From: Octopus vulgaris
Lineage: Eukaryota
Assembly: GCA_951406725.2 (NCBI GenBank)
Contig: OX597825.1
Coordinates: forward strand, 24,738,001 to 24,802,000
Direction: 5' to 3'
DNA length: 64,000 bases
Shown in pieces: positions 53,596-64,000 of this stretch. Position 1 is the first letter of the stretch. Every line of letters begins with the position of its first letter. Position numbers and translations under genes: made by a program. The notes below the pieces were generated by a model. It saw only the letters and a program-made list of their open reading frames with translations. It did not search any database and had not been told where the DNA came from.

Positions 53596-55180
53596 CCCCT
53601 TGACAGCGGTTGACGCAAATATGTGATCACACTTTTGCTTGCCTACCCGCGGTTAATGTAAATATACGATGTAGAGCTGCCCTACATCTATCATGGACAT
53701 TTTAGTGGCTGACATATGTTTATGTTTGCTATCGTATACTTTATCTCTTGAGGTGCATGCACTCACCATCCCGTGCATCATCTTAGCTATTTTAGGCTAC
53801 GTTCAAGTCATGAGACTAGCAGTAGACCAATGATATGCAGATACTTTACATGCATATGCGTTGGTACAGGAGGTATAAAAGTAACAGTCTCCAGCAAAAA
53901 CGCATCATAATTCAAAATGTCTTCAAATCAATTACAAGTTCTGCTTCGCGCTTCGGTCCTCCATCAGCAAATTTACACTCGTCACCGCACCTGACAACAC
54001 CTGCAGCAACCAACTCGTCATCGCGTCAAACGTCAGCACGACCGACACCTATGTCAACTCGCTTGACGTCAACTCACTCGTCGTCAGCTCACTCATCGTC
54101 GCGTCAAACATCTGCTCGACCAACACCTACACGTGGAACTGAGCCACGACCTTGTACTTCCAGAGTTGCTGCAGCTGCTGCAGAGGCCAGTGATACTTCT
54201 TCAGCAAATTTGCGATCACGTCCGAGTACATCAGGTGCTTCACGCCAGACCACACCCACATCCTCCGCTCGATCGTCAGCTGCTGCTGAATCGAGAGGTA
54301 CTGTTGATTCAGGCTCAGACTTCTCTGTTGATTTTGACTCATCTGATGGTGATTCTGGCTGCGAGTTTTTGCCGAACTCTGATTCAGATGACACTGATCC
54401 AGGTACTTTACAATTGCCGCAAAACAACAGAAGGGCAAGAGTCGATGGCCCTGGCCAGCAGAATGTAGAGTGGGGGAGAATAGGCAATTTTCTGTGACGA
54501 TACTAGTACTAGGCCTTGAAAATAAGTAATTCCTCCCCTTCCTCCACTCCTTGGAACATTCCAGGAAATAATTTCTCCCCCTCTTCGGAACTTTCCAGGA
54601 AGTAATTCCTCCCCCTCCTAAGAACTTTCCAGGGAGTAATTCCTCCACCTCCGCGGAACTTTCCAGAATTTAATTCTTCCCCCTCCTAGGAACTTTCCAG
54701 GAAGTAATTCCTCCCCTCCTCAGGACTTTCCAGTATGCAATTCCTCCCCTCCTAGGAATTTTCCAGAAAGTAATTCCTCACTCTCCTCGGAACTTTCCAG
54801 TATGTAATTCCACTCCTGCCTCGGAACTTTCCAGGAAGTAATTCTTCCCCCTCGGAACATCCAAGGAAGTAATTCTTCCCCCTCCTTGGAACTTCCCAGG
54901 AAGTAATTCCTCCCCTTCCTCCTCCTCCTCCTCCTCGGAACTTTCCAGGAAGGAATTCCTCCCCCTCCTCAGAAGAATAGTGGAGAATAGACAATTTTCC
55001 ATGACAATACGGATTATCAGGCAATTCCAGGATAAAAGCATATAAAATATAAAAGCAAATAAAATATATATCTAGAACTATAAGATATATACTGGCGAGG
55101 ACAGGGTCGCGGACATTCTATCATCAACTAATGTCATCATGCCATTGAATGACGAACTGTTAGACAAAGGGTACAATGCA
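53596..55180 (+). mobile_element. piggyBac relic: left end, Ser/acidic N-terminal region and a catalytic-core fragment
   Basis: TTAA|CCCC terminus (53592-53599); DSGSDFSVDFDSSDGDSG..F.P.SDSD acidic N-terminus; NYKIYTGE...VIM.L..ELLDKGYN at ~55076-55177; no right TIR seen. Confidence 0.75.
54515..54970. repeat. ~34-bp minisatellite (GGAACTTTCCAGGAAGTAATTCCTCCCCTCCT), about 12 diverged units, inside the piggyBac relic
   Basis: Periodic GGAAC-type motif; bracketed by a ~35-bp direct repeat GGAGAATAG.CAATTTTC..TGAC.ATAC. Confidence 0.9.
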
Positions 55181-55269
55181 CTCTGCTTCAATGTCTGAAA
55201 TTGGCAAATGGAATCATGCCAGTGTTGGGTCTTGTCTGTTGTCCCTTCAGAAACGTAGGTTGGTTAGTT

Positions 55270-55455
55270 CCTTTTTATTCCATGTGGAACATTGGGCAGC
55301 AAGAAAAGATCTCAATCCTCTGTGGTCTTCTGAAAGAGATTTGATATCCTCCCAGCTCAACTCTTATGCATCAAAATCCTTCAGAACTGTCCCCTTCCAT
55401 GTTAATGGGTGTATGCATTTCCTTTTTCTTCCTGCTGGCTTCCAATCAAGGGAGG
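55270..55455 (-). mobile_element. RTE-clade LINE 3' fragment
   Basis: Minus strand LDWKPAGRKRK..P.TW..TV....LSW....SED..LRSF.AA.C resembles the RTE ORF C-terminus. Confidence 0.6.
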
Positions 55456-56319
55456 GCTTTAAGTGTCTTTTTATATATTTTTTTGTCTCCTCTTATCATA
55501 CTTGCAGTATGAAGGTCACCAAGGAGGAGATCATCCCTGGTAGCAGATACAGACTTGCCTCTGTGCCTCGTGCAATTTGCAGCATGTGATGTGAGGGGGA
55601 TTACCAACTTACAAGTAAACAGATCTACCTTCTTGTGATTAGGACTTAAGCTCACTGGCCGGTGCGGTCGGGGACAAGCAAACCAGGGTGACTGGTCTTC
55701 AGAAGCAAGGACCCTTCTTCAAACTTACCAAACAACTGCAAGGAAATTCGGTGGTAGGTCAGCACCTTGCTCTGATAAAAATTAATGCAACTTGAGAAGC
55801 AGCAACACAAGGGGTAGATATAAAGAGATATAAAGAAATATAAAGTGAGCAACAGTTTTTCCATTGGTGGAATCTATTCAATCAACTAAGACTGTTTAAT
55901 AAATGAATAACCCATCCAGGGAATCACTACATGGTGGCTCGTCCTGCTAGAAAAAGCAGCCAAATATCCCTCAAATGACATTTCTACCACCATAAGAAGA
56001 AAATGAAATAGTGTATGATGTAGTCTTATATATGCAAAGGAAGAATTTGGTTGCTTTTGTATTTTTATATCCTTGTTTATTTGTTTTTTATTCATTTTCT
56101 TTCACACTTTTACTTTGCATATCAAGCTAATAAAATTATATGAATCACTACTTTATTCACTCTCTTTTTGTAATTAAATTACTTGTGTGCTTCAGGGTAC
56201 CCACACACAAGCATATATATATAGAGAGAGAGAGGGGGGGAGAGAGAAAGAGAGATAGATAGATAGATAGATAGATAGATATATAGATAAATATATATAT
56301 ATGTGTGTGTGTGTGCGTA

Positions 56320-56351
<32 letters not shown>

Positions 56352-56519
56352 GATAGATAGATGGATAGATAGATATAAAGATATATATATCATCATCATC
56401 ATCATCATCGTTATATACATATATATATATGCATGTATGTATATAAACACACACAGATGTGTATATATACATACAAATATATACATATACATGCATATAT
56501 ATACATGTATATATATATG

Positions 56520-56553
<34 letters not shown>

Positions 56554-56625
56554 CGTATATATATTTATGTATATCTGTATATATGTGCATGTGTATAGGT
56601 GTATATATATATGTGTGTATATATG

Positions 56626-56672
<47 letters not shown>

Positions 56673-56752
56673 GTGTGTGTGTATGTATATATATATGTAA
56701 ATTATATATACATATATATATATATGTATGTATGTATATATATATATAATTA

Positions 56753-56788
<36 letters not shown>

Positions 56789-57429
56789 TGTATGTATGTA
56801 TGTATGTATGTATGGATGGATGTAGGTATATGAACAGACATCATCTAAAGAGAGGAAGTTTTCACAGACAAAAAGATGCAGTAATCAAGTAGTCAAACAG
56901 TTACCTTTGAATCTGCCTGGAAGTATTAAGAATGAATGGATGCATTACAGTATAATAGTTAATAACTGTTTTGGCAGACACCAGTATGCATCAGCAAATA
57001 ATTTGTTCACTGTTTCCTAGCTTTCCCTGAGGAGACACACAAGAAGGTCGAAACATCACAGTGTCTCAACGTCCCTTGACACTGGGGAAACATATTGTCT
57101 AGAGGGAGATGTTCTCTTTTGGGGAAAACTAATAACAATCAGATATTCTCATTCGGGTCTATTAGAGTCTATCAAAAATGAATACATACATTTAAAATTT
57201 TAGTTCATTGATTAAACCTCGCCAAGTTAAATATGTAAACCACTTGAAGAATGACTGTAACTCGAAAATTTTAAGAATTGAACAGCCATGAAACGATCGT
57301 AGTGTTATGTTAATTATCTTTTTTAATAATTTTGATACATATTTAAATAATATAAATTAATTAATCTTATGTATTGGCTTAAGTTTTTCATTGTATGATT
57401 TGCCTAATAGTGGTTTTATCTCTAATTTA

Positions 57430-57497
<68 letters not shown>

Positions 57498-57897
57498 TAC
57501 ATACATGTACATATTCTTTTATTCTTTTACTTGTTTCAGTCATTTGACTGTGGTCATGCTGGAGCACTGCCTTAAACAGTTTTTCAGCCGAAGAATTCAA
57601 ACCCAGGACTTATTCTTTGCAAGCCTAGTACTTATTCTATCAGTCTCTTCTGCCAAACTGCTAAGTTATGGAAACATAAACACACCAACATCAGTTGTCA
57701 AGCGATGGCAGGGGGACACACACAGACACAATGACACACACACACATAAATATATACATAGATATTTATATGTGTGTGTATGTGTGTGCATGTGCGTGTA
57801 TATATATATATATATATATATGTATCTATATGTATATATATATGCATACATACATGTATATATACATATATATATACATATATATATATGTATATAT

Positions 57898-57929
<32 letters not shown>

Positions 57930-57950
57930 GCATACATGTATATATACATA

Positions 57951-57986
<36 letters not shown>

Positions 57987-57988
<2 letters not shown>

Positions 57989-58270
57989 AGGTGCAATGGC
58001 CCAGTGGTTAGGGCAGCGGACTCGCGGTCATAGGATCGCGGTTTCGATTCCCAGACTGGGTGTTGTGAGTGTTTATTGAGCGAAAACACCTATAGCTCCA
58101 CGAGGCTCTGGCAGGGGGTGGTGGCGATCCCTGCTGTACTCTTTCACCGCAACTTTCTCTCACTCTTTCTTCTGTTGGCCTGCTCGCTTAGCCAGCAGGG
58201 TGGCGTCATTTGAAGCGCATTGTAACCAGCGATGTGTAGCAACATCTGATAGCCTGGTCAGTCACGGTGA
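57987..58270 (+). mobile_element. SINE family C copy
   Basis: A box TGGCCCAGTGG and B box GTTTCGATTCC; similar to 4915-5212. Confidence 0.82.
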
Positions 58271-58340
58271 TATATATATATATATATATACTATATATAT
58301 ATATACATATATAATATATATATATATAATATATATATAC

Positions 58341-58418
<78 letters not shown>

Positions 58419-58442
58419 CAAAAATATATATATAAATATATA

Positions 58443-58690
58443 TATTGATAAAACGGTAAGATAACAAAAGAAAGAAAGAGACCTCAATATTATGTAAATA
58501 GAGGAAATTTATCTATACAATATGTTACATTACTCGGTAGTCAAGATAAAACTCTGAGTTTCAGATGCCGAAGTGGAAATCCACAACACCATCTCTTCGG
58601 TTATCTGAGATAACCGAAGAGATGGTGTTGTGGCATCTGAAACTCAGAGTTTTATCTTGACTACCGAGTAATGTAACATATTGTATAAAT
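58443..58690 (-). mobile_element. Asymmetric fold-back element with hammerhead-like folds (core CCGAAGA) on both arms
   Basis: Arms ~58514-58606 and ~58608-58687 meet at TTATCT-G-AGATAA; GATAA-CCGAAGA-GATG..CATC-T-GAAA-CTCAGA-GTT-TTATC; tail on left shared with 62360-62420. Confidence 0.8.
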
Positions 58691-58705
58691 ATATATATAT
58701 ATATT

Positions 58706-58736
<31 letters not shown>

Positions 58737-58777
58737 ATATAAATGGAGTTTAACGCAGGTATAATTCAAATACTTTT

Positions 58778-58865
58778 ACTTCCAACACATGTTTCGAATA
58801 TTTCACTGATATTATTCCAAAGGAATAAATGGTGTAAAACAATGTAATCTTCTCTTCAGGGAAGT
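58778..58865 (-). ncRNA. Type I hammerhead ribozyme, canonical core
   Basis: Minus strand ACTTCC-CTGAAGA-GAAGATT...AATATTC-GAAA-C-ATGT-GTT-GGAAGT; 6-bp stem I; 3' end ~35 nt from (TA)n. Confidence 0.78.
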
Positions 58866-59356
58866 GAAGAAATGAAACTGGTCAATAAGACATTTTAACA
58901 GAAAATGATTGATATGTATAGTGATTTACTGAACGCTATTAATATTGTTTGAAAAAACGTTATATGATATAATGTCAGAAGTAGCCTATAGAAAGAGGAG
59001 GGATATTTTTTTAGTGAATGTTAAATATAAAAAGAAAATTAATGTTTAAATTATATATAATGATAACAAAGGAAAAATACACACATCTGTATATATGTTA
59101 AATTTTGATAATGATAATGATATATATATTGAAGTAGATAAATGAATTATCTTATTACGGATAATTCAAATGATAACCAATACCTGGGTAGCAAAAATCA
59201 CAACAGGAAAAGCACGGTTGAAGTTACGACGAGAAGGCTGCAAAATGGACTCCTTGTTCAATCCGAATTAGGGACTTTGCAGCCTTCAAAACATATGTAG
59301 AAAATAATAAAAAGGAATTTTGTTAAATCTTCGTTCAGCTCCATTTCTTCCTACAC

Positions 59357-59395
<39 letters not shown>

Positions 59396-59399
59396 TTAT

Positions 59400-60030
59400 T
59401 GTCATCAAAATTTAACATATGCTTTTTTTCCATGTTGGCATGGGTTGGATGGTCGAACAAGAACTGGCCAACTGGAGAGCTGCCCAGACTCCAGCTGTTT
59501 TGGCATGGTTTCTACAGCCTGATACCATTCCTAATGTCAAACATGTTACAGACTGTGCATTAATGCTTTTTACGTGGTGCCAACATGATTACGATTTGCT
59601 TGCCAACAGCACAAGCTGTAAAGGACCTACCTATATGCATGGATGGCCACAGTTTCACTAAGCTTAACATGTCTCCTCAAGCACAGCAAATCACCAGAAG
59701 TCTTGGTCTCTTGTCATCTCCTCTGTGAGGCCCAACATCTGGAGATCATTTCTTACCACTTTGTCCCACATTTTCTTGAGTCTATCCCTTCCACAGATTC
59801 CTTCCACACTTGCAGATCAGCATTTCGTTGTGGAGCGGTCCTCATTTCTATGCATCACTTGAGCATAAGAGCACACTCTTCTCTCTTGTACACAACATCT
59901 GATGCTTTTTATATGCAATTTTTCCCTTAAATCTTTTACACTCTGTCATACATACACACTGACATTAACCATCCAGCAGAACCTGCTGGTTTCATTTATT
60001 TGAAGCCTTCTAAGGTCATCTGTAGTCATA
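59400..60030 (-). mobile_element. RTE-clade LINE 3' end
   Basis: Minus strand VQERR...QVM.R.ED....VEG..GRDRLKKMWDKVVRNDLQMLGL...TRD...W; related fragment on + at ~63575-63745; related 3' ends with (GAT)n tails at 5420-5635, 6210-6365 and 48660-48840. Confidence 0.7.
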
Positions 60031-60219
60031 GGACACTGGAGAAGGAAGCGTAAGATTGCTTCATATTTCTACAAGTGGTATGTAATTGTTATGGCAGTTA
60101 AGGGAAAAACATGTATGTCCTGAAACGGTAGAAAACTATACCTGTTTTCTCTTTAATCATTATTATGTACATATATATATATATACATATATATATATAT
60201 GTATATATATGTGTGTGTG

Positions 60220-60265
<46 letters not shown>

Positions 60266-60424
60266 GATATATAGATATATACATACTGCATGTACACACA
60301 TATATTTACACACATACATGTATACACAAATACACATATATGTATTATACACACACACACACACGTATATATATATATATGCATATATTAATGTGTGTGT
60401 GAGTGTATATATATATATATATTT

Positions 60425-60665
60425 CATTTTTATTCTTTTATTTGTTTCAGTCATATGATGACAGCCATGCTGGAGCACCACCTTAAGGGATTTTAGTCAA
60501 AAAATTGAGCCCAGGACATATTCTATGTAAGCCTAGTGCTTATACTGTTGCTCTCTTTCGCTGAACCACTAAGTTACGGAGGACATAAATACACCAACAT
60601 CGGCTCTCAAGCGATAGTAGGGGGACACATACAGACACAAACACACAAATATATACATACATATA

Positions 60666-60726
<61 letters not shown>

Positions 60727-60731
60727 AATAC

Positions 60732-60788
<57 letters not shown>

Positions 60789-60943
60789 GACACAATGGAC
60801 ATCTTTCAGTTTCTGCCCACCAAATACACCCACAAGGCTTTGGTTTGCATGAGGCTAGAGTAGAAGACACTCTCCCAAGGTGCCACGCAGTGGGACTGAA
60901 CCCTGAACCATCTGGCTGGGAAGCAAGCTTCTTACCACACAGC

Positions 60944-60945
<2 letters not shown>
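60425..60945 (-). mobile_element. SINE family A copy with expanded internal microsatellite
   Basis: Colinear with 6509-6923; partial copies at 57515-57720 (-) and 63790-64000 (+). Confidence 0.82.
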
Positions 60946-60974
<29 letters not shown>

Positions 60975-61313
60975 TGTTGAAATATTCTATATTAGCATGA
61001 AGATGCAACAATACTGGGGAATATCAAATTGAGAAAAATATAGCAATGGAAGGGTTAATTAAATATTCAAAAATAGTTCCACAGCCAAAGAACGAAATTC
61101 TTAGATGAGATATTTCCCATTGGGAAAAGAAGAATTCTGTTCCTTTTGTATTTTTATTTTATTTTATTTTTCATTCCTTTTTTTTGGGTTTTTTTTTTCC
61201 TTTATGTTCCAAACATATCAAACTAATGTAATGATTTGAATCACTTCTTTATTCTTTCTCTTTCGGTAATTAAATTCCTTGTGTGCTTCAGGGTACCGAC
61301 ACACATAATGCCT

Positions 61314-61349
<36 letters not shown>

Positions 61350-61353
61350 GCAG

Positions 61354-61435
<82 letters not shown>

Positions 61436-61529
61436 ATGTATGTATACCATTACATATATATATATATATACATATGTATATACATATATATACATATACA
61501 TATATATATACATATATATATATACATAT

Positions 61530-61634
<105 letters not shown>

Positions 61635-62170
61635 ATAGATACATACATATCATTTGTAAAAAACATAAATCTGAAAGAAGCACAACTTCCTCATTTTTGA
61701 TATATATGTGTGTGTGTGTGTCTGTGTGTGTATGTCTATGTATATATGTAGGTATGTGTGTGCATATATACAAATACAAATGAACTTGTGAAGTTTGAGG
61801 TCTCTCTAAACTTCATCAACGGATGTTCACATGTATTTATGTATATGTGTGTATACATGTGTCTGTGATGGGTGGGATAGCTTTTGCTATATTTCCTATG
61901 TATGTATATATATGTATATATGTGTGCGTGTGTATCTGTTTCGCAATGTCAGTGAGTACAAATGTAAACACATGCCATATTGCTTAGTCAGTATTATATA
62001 TTGTATTTGTGAGTACAAATATGTATTTATACATACATGCTAGATGTGTTGAAACAATTGTCGTGATTAATAATAAATTCTCATATATTCCATCATCTGT
62101 CTATATGTATATATATACATATAATTTCAACTATATATTATACATATATATATATATACATATCTATATA

Positions 62171-62420
62171 CTTTATTTAAAAGCAGCAGAAATATAACAA
62201 AAGCTGTTACTCAGAGTTTCACGTTCCCGTTCGTCAGACAGTTTTGTTAAGAGAAAATAAATTTTTAACAAAACTGTCCGACAAACGAGGTCATGAAACT
62301 CTGAGTAACAGCTTTTGTTATATTTCTGCTGCTTTTAAATAAAGCCAATTACTCATATTTATAGATAAATTCCTCTATTTACATAATATTGAGGTCTCAT
62401 TCATTCTTTTGTTGTCATAT
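62171..62420 (+). mobile_element. Asymmetric fold-back element (arms 62171-62250 and 62265-62344, tail to ~62420)
   Basis: Inverted arms; tail ATAGATAAATTCCTCTATTTACATAATATTGAGGTCTC shared with the 58.4-kb element. Confidence 0.85.
62204..62241 (-). ncRNA. Minimal type I hammerhead ribozyme, canonical core
   Basis: Minus strand CTGT-CTGACGA-ACG GGAA CGT-GAAA-CTCTGA-GTA-ACAG; the + arm copy (62274-62311) has a mutated core. Confidence 0.8.
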
Positions 62421-62454
62421 TATTATTATTATTATTATATATATATATATAATA

Positions 62455-62816
62455 ATTATTATTTGAGGAATAAAATCCAAACTTACAAGGAAAAAGAATT
62501 CAATTTAGAAATACTAAATCAAATTCCACACAATATAATATATATAAAATATTAGAAAAAAACCACCTTTTATCAATTCAAAATGAATAATTAAATTACA
62601 CCATCTAGAAAATTACATATAATAGAAAAGTTAAAATTAAAATAACAATTAAAAAGTAAATATTAAGTAAATTTTATACATTATTCTAGTAATTTATTTA
62701 ATCTTTACTTTTTAATTGTTATTTTAATTTTAACTTTTCTATTATGTGTAATTTTCTAGATGGTGTAATTTAATTATTCATTTTGAATTGATAAAAGGTG
62801 GGTTTTTTTCTAATAT
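62455..62816 (-). mobile_element. Asymmetric AT-rich fold-back element in (TA)n
   Basis: Arms ~62548-62667 and ~62697-62816; tail on left related to 43365-43440. Confidence 0.8.
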
Positions 62817-62817
62817 G

Positions 62818-62870
<53 letters not shown>

Positions 62871-63051
62871 ACAAAAAATCCTGTGAAATCCTTGAAAGTA
62901 GGGTCAGTAGATCCAGTGGTAATCTGAATAGAGTGCTTGTATGTCGATGAGGAGAGGTGCTGAAAGTTCAGGAAGTGGTTCAGAAATACAAGCCCAAAGT
63001 GTAGGAAGTTCAGGCAGGATCAAACTGGGGAAGTCATGTGAGCACATAATA

Positions 63052-63380
63052 TATAGTTGAAATTTATAGAAAAACAAAAGGCAAAGAAAAGTGTATTAGT
63101 TTGATGTTCAGAAAAATGAAAAAGGCTTTTACATTTTGAGTCTACGCTCTTCAACAGAACGGAATAAGAGATAATAAACTGAGAGAGAATGCTGGACCAT
63201 TGAAATCTACATGTTTTTTCATTCTCTCTCACTTTATTTCCTCTTATTCCTTTCTGCTGAAGAGCATAGGCTTGAAACATAAAAGACCTTTTCATTTTCC
63301 CGAGTGTCAAACTAATACACTTGGTTGTTGTTCATACGCCTGTCTTCATCTTTTGTTTTACCATAAATTTCAACTATATA
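63052..63380. mobile_element. Older fold-back element of the 33.8/48.1-kb family with decayed variant hammerheads on both arms
   Basis: TATAGTTGAAATTTAT versus ATAAATTTCAACTATA; CTGCTGAAGAGCATAGGCTTGAAACATAAAAGA on + (63250-63286) and CTGTTGAAGAGCGTAG on -. Confidence 0.72.
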
Positions 63381-64000
63381 TGTATATGTGTTTGTATATG
63401 TATATGTATATATATATTGTTATATTTCGGAATGGTCATTTTGCCAGTTTAGCCAATAAAAACACATGCACTAAATATTTGGTGTTACTTTGCTTCAATG
63501 TTATTTATTTTTTACATTAATCTTAATCTTATTTCAGCCAGAGTTCTTTCGTCACACTCCTGTGACTGCATCAGAGGACAGCTGCATCAAAAAAGGGCCA
63601 ATCTCTAATTGTGTAGGGAACATGTTGAAGGGTAGACAAAGTGATGACAAAGGATCTCCAGATGTTGAGCCTCACTGAAATTACAAGGGATCGAGACTTG
63701 TTAATTGGTGTGCTTGAGAAAAGGCATCAAGCTAAGTAAAACCACGGCCATCTACACTTATGGGACTGTCCCTTGCAGCCATTCTACTCGTTCCCTCTCC
63801 CAGCTGAGTGGATTTGGTAGACAGAAACTGAAAGAGACCCATCATATGTGTGTGTGTGTTTCCACCAACCCCACCATTACTTGACAACTGATGTTGGTGT
63901 GCTTATGTCCCCGTAACTGAGTGGTTTGGCAAAAGAGACTGACAGAATAAGTACTAGGCTTACAAAGGTTAAGTCCTGGGGTTGATTTGTTTGACTAAAG

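Noticed and set aside
53835-54497. Independent 220-aa Ser/Thr-rich host gene
   Set aside because: Lies between a TTAA-CCC terminus and a piggyBac core fragment; best explained as a transposase N-terminal relic
57022-57090. Hammerhead-like CTGAGGA-GAC..GTC-GAAA
   Set aside because: Core and stem II are present but no NUH triplet is correctly placed before the stem I partner; at best an eroded copy

Overview
AT-rich, microsatellite-saturated animal genomic DNA. The SINE set, the density of (TA)n/(TATG)n/(AAT)n arrays and the repeat families point to a coleoid cephalopod (Octopus-like); this is an inference. Host coding sequence is limited to two in-frame + strand exons (4509-4712 and terminal exon 11897-12934) encoding an acidic, low-complexity C-terminal region with NPxY, dileucine and YxxP motifs. 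The rest is intronic or intergenic and built from mobile DNA. DNA transposons: a nearly full-length DD36E (Incomer-type) Tc1 element, mariner and piggyBac relics, a fold-back DDxD element and two 8-bp-TSD MITEs. Retroelements: R4/Dong and RTE LINE ends, three tRNA-SINE families and four Penelope-like (PLE) RT/GIY-YIG relics. There is also an 8x153-bp tandem array carrying a tRNA T-arm/acceptor-like motif. The most striking signal is a recurring class of short non-coding elements inserted in (TA)n tracts, arranged as asymmetric fold-back palindromes (one arm has an extra 3' tail), many carrying type I or minimal hammerhead ribozyme folds. These include a 735-bp spacerless palindrome with one hammerhead per strand and a family whose core position 6 is never the canonical A. 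They most likely represent a diversified system of non-autonomous, ribozyme-bearing PLE derivatives. Almost all ORFs in the supplied track are microsatellite artefacts. All calls were made by eye and the boundaries of old repeats are approximate.
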